Part shown: piece after piece, positions 40,433 through 49,423 of the stretch
Numbering within the stretch: the first letter of the stretch is position 1
Layout: each line of letters opens with the position of its first letter
Notes under the pieces: generated by a model
Databases searched by the model: none
Told to the model about the DNA's origin: nothing
The model's input: the letters and a program-made list of their open reading frames with translations, nothing else
Made by a program: the position numbers and the translations under genes
IMG/VR virus record: IMGVR_UViG_3300035183_001077
Direction: 5' to 3' (one strand)
From: an uncultured virus (IMG/VR IMGVR_UViG_3300035183_001077)
Taxonomy: Duplodnaviria > Heunggongvirae > Uroviricota > Caudoviricetes
DNA length: 64,000 bases

Positions 40433-41158
40433 TTATGAAGTAGTCTGATTAACGCTTGTAAAAATTTTCAGATTGAGGTCATAAGTTAAATTCCAGATTC
40501 TCGAACCCTCTTCTCTTGACCATGTTGCAGCAACTACGGATATTTGGTCTTCATTTAAGATTTGCAGAGAATTTTCATCAAACGACGGCGGAGATTTTAA
40601 TGGCAATTTATTAATTCGGCGAGAAAAATAATTGTCGATTATTGGATTTGAAGGATCGCTCATTTTCCAGAATAATATTGGATATTCGGAGGTAACATCG
40701 TTATTGTCTGATTTAATATTTAAAACGCTTACTAGCATACAAAAAGACTTGACGTCAGCATTGTATGCTGCAAAGGTGTTAGTTCCAGGTCTGACGTTAT
40801 CATGTCTATCATAATAGCATTTCTTATAAAAATCTGTTATATCGGCACTATGTTTTTCTTTAATAAAGGCTTTGTCTTCGTTAATTTCTACTTCACCGAA
40901 TTTAATAAAATACCGCCAGTTTGGATAGCTGTCTGGTTCGGTAAGTATATAAATAATATGATTATCTGCTGTAATTACTACAGAATTAAAGTAAAATGTA
41001 GAAACTGGTATACGGCGTTTTTCGAGAATGCTAATTCTTTCGTTGTTGTCAGTATCAACAAATACAAAACCTAGGCAGTAAGAATACCGATCATATTTCA
41101 GCTTATACTTCTTATCTTTATACTGCAATATATTAGTTATGCCGCTGTTCTTGTTCAT
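40433..41158 (-). CDS. accordion family protein
   Basis: YKDKKYKL, AYNAD, ILFWKMSDP and YDLNLK. Confidence 0.75.
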   Translation of the reverse strand: MNKNSGITNILQYKDKKYKLKYDRYSYCLGFVFVDTDNNERISILEKRRIPVSTFYFNSVVITADNHIIYILTEPDSYPNWRYFIKFGEVEINEDKAFIKEKHSADITDFYKKCYYDRHDNVRPGTNTFAAYNADVKSFCMLVSVLNIKSDNNDVTSEYPILFWKMSDPSNPIIDNYFSRRINKLPLKSPPSFDENSLQILNEDQISVVAATWSREEGSRIWNLTYDLNLKIFTSVNQTTS

Positions 41159-41196
41159 AGTTGATTCTTTAGTTCCTCTCGTAATATTGGCATAAA

Positions 41197-41868
41197 TTAG
41201 CTGCTCTCTGGTTCGAGTGTAATGATAGTTTTCAATGTCAGATCATAAACTAAGTTATACCTTTTTGTATTTTCCGATTTATTGGCACTTTTGATAGTCA
41301 TTCCGATTTTATCATTTCCGATCATTTTCAGAGTATTAGGTACTACATGGAAACCAAGCAACAAGTTATTTGTGTCTAGCAAACTCTCCAGTATAAGGCT
41401 TGAAGGGTCGTCTATTTTCCAGAAAAGTAAGGTAAAGTTTATACATCCTATTATGCAAACACGTTTCGATTCCAACTCATATAACGTTTCTAGATTATCT
41501 AATATAGTAGAAAACGGATGTGTTTTATGGCTATCGACAAACTTTTCATAAGGACCAGTAATATCAACGCTGTATTTTTCTACAAATTTAACTTTATTGG
41601 ATTTGGTTATTTCTAAAATACCGGCTTTGATAAAATAGCGGTTAATACGGTAAATAGATCTATCCCATTCTTCTACTATGGCTACTAAATAATTATCCGG
41701 TGTAAACGCCGCAAATGTATCTCGGCACAAAAGATAATTTTCATTCTTCAGATGAATAGCAAAATAATTATCGTACCTGTCAAGCAATCTCCACACACCA
41801 AACATATTCATTAAACGATACTTTTTTCCACCGTACCAGAGCGTTTGTTTCAGGTGTTTGGTATTCAT
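41197..41868 (-). CDS. accordion family protein
   Basis: YGGKKYRL, LLFWKIDDP and YDLTLK. Confidence 0.75.
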   Translation of the reverse strand: MNTKHLKQTLWYGGKKYRLMNMFGVWRLLDRYDNYFAIHLKNENYLLCRDTFAAFTPDNYLVAIVEEWDRSIYRINRYFIKAGILEITKSNKVKFVEKYSVDITGPYEKFVDSHKTHPFSTILDNLETLYELESKRVCIIGCINFTLLFWKIDDPSSLILESLLDTNNLLLGFHVVPNTLKMIGNDKIGMTIKSANKSENTKRYNLVYDLTLKTIITLEPESS

Positions 41869-41880
41869 TATATGGCTTTC

Positions 41881-42573
41881 CTATTTACCGATAGGTTCTC
41901 CAGTGTCTTCCACTGATACAATGGCTCCCAGACCGAAATCATATGTTATAACTGTTGTCGTCGAATATCCTCGTTTGTATTCACGAGTTCCAACAAGTTG
42001 TATTTGATGTTCATTGATGATTGATAAGCTTCCTTTCTTTATTGTAATAGACATATCCTTAAGCCAATTTAGTTCTTTGCGTAAATCTTTGATTAGTATC
42101 TTATCGGGACTAGCTAATCCCCAGAAAAACGCTGTCTTAGAATATTTCAAGTTGAATGTACAAAAGCGTTTGCAATCTGCATTATATGCCGCTTCAACTT
42201 CATCTCCGCAAAATGGCGGATAACAAGGAAAATAGTCGGTTATATCAACCATATAATTGCTTTTAAAAATAGCTTTACGTTTATTTATTTTTACCTTACC
42301 GACCACCAGAAAGAATTTTAAATCATCTTCCTCTATTATTGACGCACTAACTACGGTTATATACTGCCCATCTGATGTAAAGCCTGACAATGAATATGCT
42401 ATTTTGTAGTCAATGTCATAACCAATGTCATCGTCAATATCATTAAGGTCATCAATATGTATGTTAATTTCTTTGCCATGTTTATCTTGCAGCACCCAAG
42501 GCAAAATTAATTCGTAAGACTTCCCTTTATGACAAATTCGATCCGCTAGCTTCTGGTTCTCTAGCTGTATCAT
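41881..42573 (-). CDS. accordion family protein
   Basis: EAAYNADCK, AFFWGL and YDFGLG. Confidence 0.75.
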   Translation of the reverse strand: MIQLENQKLADRICHKGKSYELILPWVLQDKHGKEINIHIDDLNDIDDDIGYDIDYKIAYSLSGFTSDGQYITVVSASIIEEDDLKFFLVVGKVKINKRKAIFKSNYMVDITDYFPCYPPFCGDEVEAAYNADCKRFCTFNLKYSKTAFFWGLASPDKILIKDLRKELNWLKDMSITIKKGSLSIINEHQIQLVGTREYKRGYSTTTVITYDFGLGAIVSVEDTGEPIGK

Positions 42574-42612
42574 TTATTTCTCTTTTATTACTTGATCGAC
42601 GATTCAGCCATT

Positions 42613-43287
42613 TTATTCGATAGATACAATAGCTCTTAGACTAAAATCGTAAGTTATTACCACATCCGTCGTATAATATTCTTCTTCCTCTTCCTCTTCA
42701 TCTTCATCTTCTGTTTCTATTCTACGAGTACCAGCTAACTGTATCTGATTTTCATCAATAATTGATAAACTTCCTTCCTTTATTTCAATAGACATATCCT
42801 CAATCCAATATAGTTCTTTATTTAAATCTTTGATTATTATATTATTTGAGTCAGCATACAGTTTCCAGAAAAATGCAACTCTATAGCAACTTAAATCGAA
42901 TGCGCAAAAACATTTACAATCCGCATTATATGCGGCTTCAACACTACCGAGCTCACCAGAATCGAAGTTTGGATACTCGTAAAAATCGTGGGTTATATCA
43001 ACCAGACGATATTCTTCGAGAGTAACCTTGTACCCATTTACCTGTATTTTACCGGCTGCAAGAAAATATCGCCGATCCTTTGGTGCACTGATTACGGTTA
43101 TATATTGTTTGTCTAACGTAAAAGCTGAGAATTTATATGCGATTTTATAGCCATTACCAACATGAATAAATAACTTATTGTTATATCTATCTTGCAGCTC
43201 CCACGGTGAATGTATTTTGTAATACCTTCCTTTACACCGAATTTGATCTGTCAGATTTTCCATCTCCTGTTTTTTCAGAAACGCCAC
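42613..43287 (-). CDS. accordion family protein
   Basis: EAAYNADCK, AFFWKL, poly-Glu insert and YDFSL. Confidence 0.75.
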   Translation of the reverse strand: MAFLKKQEMENLTDQIRCKGRYYKIHSPWELQDRYNNKLFIHVGNGYKIAYKFSAFTLDKQYITVISAPKDRRYFLAAGKIQVNGYKVTLEEYRLVDITHDFYEYPNFDSGELGSVEAAYNADCKCFCAFDLSCYRVAFFWKLYADSNNIIIKDLNKELYWIEDMSIEIKEGSLSIIDENQIQLAGTRRIETEDEDEEEEEEEYYTTDVVITYDFSLRAIVSIE

Positions 43288-43317
43288 TTTGTTTCTCCTT
43301 TCAGCTGTACTAACTTC

Positions 43318-43419
43318 TTATAGTTCAACAATTTGCAGCACCCAAGGCAAAATTAATTCATAAGACTTCCCTTTATGACAAATTCGATCCGCCAGCTTCT
43401 GGTTCTCCAGCTGCACCAT
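43318..43419 (-). pseudogene. 33-aa chimeric junction ORF created by the duplication
   Basis: MVQLENQKLADRICHKGKSYELILPWVLQ (start of the 41881..42573 gene) fused in frame to IVEL* (end of the 44127..44393 gene). Confidence 0.75.
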
Positions 43420-43457
43420 TTATTTCTCTTTTCTTACTTGATTATTGATTTAGCTCT

Positions 43458-44096
43458 TTATTCTATAGATACAATAGCTCCTAGACTAAAATCGTAGGTT
43501 ATTACCACATCCTTCTGGTATTCTTCTTTATCTCCTGTTACACGAGTACCAGTTAACTGTATCTTATTTTCATCAATAATTGATAAGCTTCCGTTCTTTA
43601 TTTCAATAGACATATCCTCAATCCAATTTAGTTCTCTATTTAAACACTTAACCTTTATACCATTTGAGTTGGTAGACAGTTTCCAGAAAAATGCGACTTT
43701 AAAAAACTCTAAATCCAATGTACAAAAGCATTTGCAATCCGCATTATATGCGGCTTCAACAGTACCGGTATCGAAGTTCGGGTAATAGAAATAATCGTTG
43801 GTTATATCGACACGATGATTTTCTTTAAAGGTAAATTTGTACCCATTTACCTGTATTTTACCAGCTACAAGAAAATATCGCCGATAATCTGATGTGCTGA
43901 TTATAGTCAGATACTGCTTATCTGATGTAAAAGCTGAGAATTTATCCATTATTTCGTAACCTTTACCAACATGAATAGAGAAAATATTCTTATGTCTATC
44001 TTGCAGCCTCCACGGTGAATGTATTTCGTAATATCTTCCTTTATACCGAATTCGATCTGTCAGATTTTTCATCTCTTGTTTTGCCAGAAACGCCAC
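43458..44096 (-). CDS. accordion family protein, close paralogue of 42613
   Basis: Collinear with the 42613 protein; AGGAGG RBS with GTG start. Confidence 0.75.
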   Translation of the reverse strand: MAFLAKQEMKNLTDRIRYKGRYYEIHSPWRLQDRHKNIFSIHVGKGYEIMDKFSAFTSDKQYLTIISTSDYRRYFLVAGKIQVNGYKFTFKENHRVDITNDYFYYPNFDTGTVEAAYNADCKCFCTLDLEFFKVAFFWKLSTNSNGIKVKCLNRELNWIEDMSIEIKNGSLSIIDENKIQLTGTRVTGDKEEYQKDVVITYDFSLGAIVSIE

Positions 44097-44126
44097 TTTG
44101 TTCCTCCTTTCAGTTATACTAACTGC

Positions 44127-44393
44127 TTATAGTTCAACAATTATATATTCAGGATTATTGTGCTCATTAACTATGAACAACACCAATATTTTATCTTGAT
44201 ATAAATTAAGAGCTGTAATTTTCAGATTTTTGAAACATATAGGATACTCAGAATAAAAAAGCTGTCTTGTTATATTAACTTTACCAACTCTATTTTTTAT
44301 AAATTCTTCTAAATCACCATAATCATAAAGCCTTATTTTATTCGGATATTCTATCATCAACTGAATTATTATTTTGGGTATCAATTCCAACAT
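44127..44393 (-). CDS. hypothetical protein
   Basis: AGGAGG RBS; 88 aa. Confidence 0.6.
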   Translation of the reverse strand: MLELIPKIIIQLMIEYPNKIRLYDYGDLEEFIKNRVGKVNITRQLFYSEYPICFKNLKITALNLYQDKILVLFIVNEHNNPEYIIVEL

Positions 44394-44613
44394 CTGTGCC
44401 CCTCCTTGGTGGTAGTTGTTTCAATTGCTTCAAGAATTCGTTTAGCTGGCAGTCAGGCAAATGCTGATTGGTATATGATAATCCACCACATACAGGGCAG
44501 ATTAAATCTTTACTGCAATTACATACTGTAAAATCAGGTACCCATTCCAAGCTTTCCAACAAATCTCGTAATTTATATAAGTCAATTTGCTGTTTCTGGC
44601 CGTCCATGCCCAT
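44338..44613 (-). CDS. small putative zinc-binding protein
   Basis: CPVCGG...H..DC. Confidence 0.55.
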   Translation of the reverse strand: MGMDGQKQQIDLYKLRDLLESLEWVPDFTVCNCSKDLICPVCGGLSYTNQHLPDCQLNEFLKQLKQLPPRRGTDVGIDTQNNNSVDDRISE

Positions 44614-45040
44614 ATTCCTTTATTTTGCTGATTATGTTATCCAAAACATAATATCTATTAACTAACGCATCCTGATTACAACTTTTCGATAAAGTGATGA
44701 AAGTCTGCCACGCTTCCGTGGGAACTAAAAAGAAACATGTTTTTATGTTATTGAAAGTTACGATAATATCAAGAACATTATTATCAAAATCAATTTTTAC
44801 GTTATTATCTTCAGACTCACCAAAATGTTTAATTTTGGATTTAATATATTCTGCCATATCGGACAGGTAAAGTTTTATTACATAATCGAACTTACTCGGA
44901 TTTAACGAAGCAACATCCATATTGGTATTTACCCATTTATAGAAGTTATTAAAATTGGCAACCTGCTGTAGTAACTGAGTAACTGCAGATATTGAAAAGT
45001 TGATATTCTCGGTGCTGCTTTGCTCTAGTTGCGTACTCAT
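44582..45040 (-). CDS. hypothetical protein
   Basis: 152 aa, tightly packed. Confidence 0.6.
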   Translation of the reverse strand: MSTQLEQSSTENINFSISAVTQLLQQVANFNNFYKWVNTNMDVASLNPSKFDYVIKLYLSDMAEYIKSKIKHFGESEDNNVKIDFDNNVLDIIVTFNNIKTCFFLVPTEAWQTFITLSKSCNQDALVNRYYVLDNIISKIKEYGHGRPETAN

Positions 45041-45044
45041 ATGG

Positions 45045-45410
45045 TTATCCTGTTAATAGGTATGTCGGTACTATTTTCGTTATTGCACGATTATCCTTTG
45101 TTATTAAATCCATTCTTATATTAAAGTTACTATCTAAATCGGCCCGGAATTGCTTAAACGGGAAGTCTTGGAAAAAGTTTTTCATATTCTCGAAAATATT
45201 CCTTCCCATGAATATTAGTGTCCCTATTTTCGAGTTATCAGCCGGTTGTGTTTCGGACAAATTTGTGAACATCATCCATGACAACACAAATTCATGTAAC
45301 CAATATTCTGTTTCGTCGGTAATGAAATCAGAATTTAAGAAATTTAAATTTTGTTTCAACGTAATTTCTGGTTTTGACAAGTCAAGAATTGAAATGTCTA
45401 GTCTTTTCAT
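45045..45410 (-). CDS. hypothetical protein
   Basis: GGGAG RBS; 121 aa. Confidence 0.6.
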   Translation of the reverse strand: MKRLDISILDLSKPEITLKQNLNFLNSDFITDETEYWLHEFVLSWMMFTNLSETQPADNSKIGTLIFMGRNIFENMKNFFQDFPFKQFRADLDSNFNIRMDLITKDNRAITKIVPTYLLTG

Positions 45411-45486
45411 ACAATTTCTCCCATTAAGTCTTTGCTAGGATTATACTGGCGTCAGCGTTATTTGGCTGCTTTCAAGACGAATTTTA

Positions 45487-46224
45487 TTATTCTGAAAATT
45501 CTACTTCGGAGATTAGTCCGTAATCGAGGTTATAACGACATTTGATTGCTTTAATACCTATTTTACTTTCAGCGTTTAATGATGAGATAGATATAAGCAG
45601 TCTATCTGGTTGTTCTATAGCTACGCTAGTTCTGAAAGGCAAGTTTATTGGCGTATTATCTAAAACGTTTGTTAATGCTTCATGCAGTCGATTATCTACA
45701 CGATAATTCGTTGGATTAGATAATTCCCATATGATTACCGCTGGATCGAGCAGGGTTTTCATATAATAACCGGAACTTTTATTAATAAATAATACCATAG
45801 CTGCTAAATTAAATTGAGAATTATCATTGTAATCTTGGAATCCAAAAAATGTATTGACGCAATTTCCTTTCAAATTAAAAACTTTCAATAATTTTACTGA
45901 ATTTTCGAGACAAAACGTAAACCTGTTTTCAGTTTTTTCTATTCTTCCGAAATATAATGCAAGATAAGATAGAAGTAATAACTTATTGTTGGCTGTTACA
46001 ATAACTCTAAAATTTGGTGCTATCGCCCATTCAGGTTTGATACCGTTCAGGGAATAAAAATTCTTGTGCGTTTTAGTTATGGCGTCGTAAGTATTATCAT
46101 CTGGATCAATTACTTGTACTCTATATCCGGGCACACGCTTGTATCTACGTTCATAATAGCATTCGGCGCATTCGATATTATAAAATTTATCATCAATCTT
46201 GTATCTCCTCCCTGCGGTACTCAT
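45487..46224 (-). CDS. accordion family protein, triplicated subfamily
   Basis: GIKPEWA.APNF, VIIWELSNP and CRYNLDYG. Confidence 0.75.
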   Translation of the reverse strand: MSTAGRRYKIDDKFYNIECAECYYERRYKRVPGYRVQVIDPDDNTYDAITKTHKNFYSLNGIKPEWAIAPNFRVIVTANNKLLLLSYLALYFGRIEKTENRFTFCLENSVKLLKVFNLKGNCVNTFFGFQDYNDNSQFNLAAMVLFINKSSGYYMKTLLDPAVIIWELSNPTNYRVDNRLHEALTNVLDNTPINLPFRTSVAIEQPDRLLISISSLNAESKIGIKAIKCRYNLDYGLISEVEFSE

Positions 46225-46301
46225 TTATATTTCCTCTGGTATCAGATGGCGGTGGGTTTTGTTTAATACGACTAGTTAGGAATTAATATTATCTTTTCAA
46301 A

Positions 46302-47057
46302 TTAATCTTGTTGTTTCAAAAATTCCATTTCAGAAATTAGTCCATAATCGAGGTTATAACGACACTTGACTTTTTTAATACCTATTTTACTTTCAGTGTC
46401 TAATGACGAAATGTATACGAGCAATCTATTTGGTTTTTCTATAGTTATGCGAATTTTAAAAGGCCAGTTTATCGGCGTACTATCTAAAACATTTACTAAT
46501 TCTTCACGCAGTCGATTCTCTACACGGTAATTTGTTGGATTAGATAATTCCCATATGATTACCGCTGGATCGAGCAGGGTTGTTCTAGAATAACCAGAGC
46601 CTTTATCAATAGATAATACCATAACTGCTAAATTAAATTTGGGATTATCATCATAATCTCGGAGTTCAAAAAATGTATTGGTGCAGTTTCCTTTCAAATT
46701 AAACGCTTTCAGTAATTTTACTGAATTTTCGAGACGAAACGTAAACTCATTTTCAGTTTTTTCTATTCTTCCGAAATATAACGTGAAATAGGAAAGGAAT
46801 GCTAATTTACCGTTAGCTGTTACAAAGATACTAAAATTAGGAGCAACTGCCCATTCAGGCTTGATACCTTTTAGATCATAAGAATTACCGTACATTTTAA
46901 CTATGGCGTCATAAGTATTGTAATTATCACAATTTAGGTCAATGACTTTTACTTTATATCCGTGCACACGCCTATGTTTACGTTCATAATAGCATTCGGT
47001 GCATCCAATATTATACAGCTTATTACCAATCTTGCATTTCCTTCTTGTGATAAGCAT
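46302..47057 (-). CDS. accordion family protein, triplicated subfamily
   Basis: Collinear with the 45487 and 47136 proteins. Confidence 0.75.
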   Translation of the reverse strand: MLITRRKCKIGNKLYNIGCTECYYERKHRRVHGYKVKVIDLNCDNYNTYDAIVKMYGNSYDLKGIKPEWAVAPNFSIFVTANGKLAFLSYFTLYFGRIEKTENEFTFRLENSVKLLKAFNLKGNCTNTFFELRDYDDNPKFNLAVMVLSIDKGSGYSRTTLLDPAVIIWELSNPTNYRVENRLREELVNVLDSTPINWPFKIRITIEKPNRLLVYISSLDTESKIGIKKVKCRYNLDYGLISEMEFLKQQD

Positions 47058-47135
47058 TTATCTCTCCTCCGGTACATGGTGGCAGTGGGGTTTTGCTTAA
47101 TACAATCAATTGGAAATCAATATTACCTTTCCAAA

Positions 47136-47888
47136 TCAATCTTGTTGTTTTAAAAATTCCATTCCGGAAATTATTCTGTAACCTAGATTATAACGGCATC
47201 GTATTTCTTTAATTCCTGTTTCTTTATCGGTACTTAATGACGAAAGGGATATAATCAACTGATCTGGATGTTCCAGAGTTACGTTTGTTGTAGGAGACCA
47301 TTTCAATTGTATGTTATCAAAAAGATTTTTCAGTTCTTTGTGCAGCTGATTATCTACATAACAATTTTCTGGATTTGATAATTCCCACACAAGAATTGCT
47401 GGATCGAGTATGATTGTATAGTAAGGCCCGGAACGCCTTACTATGGATAACGCTATAACTGCTAAATTTAGTTGGGAATTATCCTCGTAGCTTAGAAACT
47501 TAAATAATGTGTCGGTACAGTTTCCTTTCATATTAAATGCTTTCAATAATTTAATCGAATTTTCGAGATGAAATTTGAATTCTTCTCCAGTTTTTTCTAT
47601 TCTTCCGAAATACAATGTGAAATAGGAAAGGAACATTAATTTATTGTTAGCTGTTACAAAGATATTAAAATTCGGAGCAACTGCCCATTCAGGTTTGATA
47701 CCTTCCAGATTATATATTTTATCGTGGGGTGTAATTACAGTATCATAAGCATCATCGTCATACCTTCGATCAACGACTTTTATTGTATAGCCTGGCTTAT
47801 TTATGTGTTTACGCTGATAATGACATATAAAATATCCAATTTCGTACCATTTATCGTCAATCTTATATTTCCTTTCTGCTACGTACAC
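47136..47888 (-). CDS. accordion family protein, triplicated subfamily
   Basis: GIKPEWAVAPNF, ILVWELSNP; ends MEFLKQQD like 46302. Confidence 0.75.
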   Translation of the reverse strand: MYVAERKYKIDDKWYEIGYFICHYQRKHINKPGYTIKVVDRRYDDDAYDTVITPHDKIYNLEGIKPEWAVAPNFNIFVTANNKLMFLSYFTLYFGRIEKTGEEFKFHLENSIKLLKAFNMKGNCTDTLFKFLSYEDNSQLNLAVIALSIVRRSGPYYTIILDPAILVWELSNPENCYVDNQLHKELKNLFDNIQLKWSPTTNVTLEHPDQLIISLSSLSTDKETGIKEIRCRYNLGYRIISGMEFLKQQD

Positions 47889-48149
47889 CTATACCTCTAC
47901 TGGTATCAGGGCCATGATTGGGGTTTTTTCACTTAATCTGATTAACCAAAACTTAAAATCGCTTTTCAGCATCACTGTAGAGTCGTCTTTAATAACTGGT
48001 ACAGACAATTGAGGTTCACCAACAACCCAATCAACATTTTGATCGCTCATCAGTTCAGCTAACTTATCAACAAATTCAGGATTAATTGAATGCTTGATGG
48101 CCTGCTGCAAAAACTTCTGCGTTACACAGAGCTCTTGCGTCGCTTTCAT
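47889..48149 (-). CDS. hypothetical protein
   Basis: GGAGGTG RBS; 86 aa. Confidence 0.6.
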   Translation of the reverse strand: MKATQELCVTQKFLQQAIKHSINPEFVDKLAELMSDQNVDWVVGEPQLSVPVIKDDSTVMLKSDFKFWLIRLSEKTPIMALIPVEV

Positions 48150-48978
48150 CTTTCACCTCCATCCATGATATATCCGTCTTACCTGCAAAACGCTTTTTCA
48201 TAGTTTCAATTGCCTGAGGGTTGCTATCAATTAAAACAAATCTTCTACCTAATTCCAATGCTGCCACACCAGTTGTCCCACTACCGGCGAAAAAATCCAA
48301 AACCCAATCACCAGGATTGGACGAAGCTTCTATAATTCGACGTAAAATGCCTAGAGGTTTTTGAGTAGGGTAACCTGTTTTTTCAGAGCTATTCGTAGGA
48401 ACTATCGTGTGCCACCAAACATCGGTAGGTTCTTCGCAATTCAGACCTGGATAAGCAAATTTTATTTCAGTTATTTTATCTATGTTGAAAATATGATTCT
48501 CAGGACTTTTTACGTAAAATAGAATATTGTCATGTTTTGGAGGCCATTTATTACGTGGTCTGCCACCGAAGTCGTAAGCCCAGATTATTTCATTCATAAA
48601 ACAATCTTTACCAAAAATATCATCTAAAATAATCTTGCAATAATGAATTTCCCTGTAATCAAGATGGCAATAGAAAGAACCGTTTTCAGCCAGAACGCGG
48701 TAAGCCTCTTCAAGCCTTGGTATCATAAAATCCCAGTACTTTTCTGAACTCTCAAAAACATCACTGTAACTCTTTTCATCAACTACTTCAGATACATATT
48801 GTTTATTAGCAAAACCTTTCCTAGTTCCACCAGTACTGGTTTGTTTTACTTTAATTGATGTTCTTTTCTGCTGTTTTCCGGTATTGAACGGCGGATCAAC
48901 ATATATCAAAGTAAAAAAATGGGAAGGAAGATGTTTCAACACGAGTAGATTATCGCCATGAATAATGGCAGAGCTCAT
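48082..48978 (-). CDS. orphan N4/N6 DNA methyltransferase (beta class)
   Basis: YVDPPF precedes YPTQKP and DFFAGSGTT. Confidence 0.9.
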   Translation of the reverse strand: MSSAIIHGDNLLVLKHLPSHFFTLIYVDPPFNTGKQQKRTSIKVKQTSTGGTRKGFANKQYVSEVVDEKSYSDVFESSEKYWDFMIPRLEEAYRVLAENGSFYCHLDYREIHYCKIILDDIFGKDCFMNEIIWAYDFGGRPRNKWPPKHDNILFYVKSPENHIFNIDKITEIKFAYPGLNCEEPTDVWWHTIVPTNSSEKTGYPTQKPLGILRRIIEASSNPGDWVLDFFAGSGTTGVAALELGRRFVLIDSNPQAIETMKKRFAGKTDISWMEVKDESDARALCNAEVFAAGHQAFN

Positions 48979-48984
48979 ATTGCT

Positions 48985-49320
48985 TTATTCCACCGGCTCA
49001 ATAATAGCAGTCATTGATCCTTTGCAACGAGGAATCATAGGATCTGGACCAAAACTATGAATTTGTTCCTGCTTCAATTCAGCATGCTCTTTCGTAGTTG
49101 TAATCAGAATGGCCCTGCCAGTATTATGAACTTCAAGAGCTATCTGCATACCTTTTTCCTTAGGAAAACCGAATAATATTTTCAACATGCGTACTACATA
49201 TGTAAAAGTATGATCATTGTCATTCAGTAAAACGACGTTATACTTCGGACAATGCTTTTCTTTTTGCTGATCTTTTTTCTTTTGTTCTGGAATTACAAGC
49301 GTTTCTGCTGCCATACTCAC
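48985..49320 (-). CDS. clpS: ATP-dependent Clp protease adaptor ClpS
   Basis: YNVVLLNDNDHTFTYVV..L...F, EVHNTGRA and EHAE. Confidence 0.9.
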   Translation of the reverse strand: MSMAAETLVIPEQKKKDQQKEKHCPKYNVVLLNDNDHTFTYVVRMLKILFGFPKEKGMQIALEVHNTGRAILITTTKEHAELKQEQIHSFGPDPMIPRCKGSMTAIIEPVE

Positions 49321-49339
49321 CTCCTTTTTTTACTACTTG

Positions 49340-49413
49340 CGAGCCCGGGTGGAGTCGAACCACCAACCTGCGGCTTAGAAGGCCGCTGCTCTATCCAGTT
49401 GAGCTACGGGCTC
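49340..49413 (-). tRNA. tRNA-Arg (anticodon TCT), CCA not encoded
   Basis: GAGCCCG/CGGGCTC acceptor stem, TAGCTCAACTGGATAGAGC D-arm, GCGGC-CTTCTAA-GCCGC anticodon arm, GGTTCGAC T-loop. Confidence 0.95.
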
Positions 49414-49423
49414 GCAACAGCAC

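Larger units (their letters stand above)
42487..44142. repeat. imperfect tandem duplication, units about 42487-43333 and 43333-44142
   Basis: 42487-42596 matches 43333-43442; 43288-43333 matches 44097-44142; the enclosed genes are close paralogues. Confidence 0.85.

Noticed and set aside
35085..47888. Diversity-generating retroelement driving paralogue variation
   Set aside because: No reverse transcriptase in the window, and differences between copies are not visibly restricted to adenines or to a short variable repeat
38870..47940. Repeated intergenic sequences as a CRISPR array or att sites
   Set aside because: Repeats are degenerate, about 0.8 kb apart and part of whole-gene duplications; no cas or integrase gene seen
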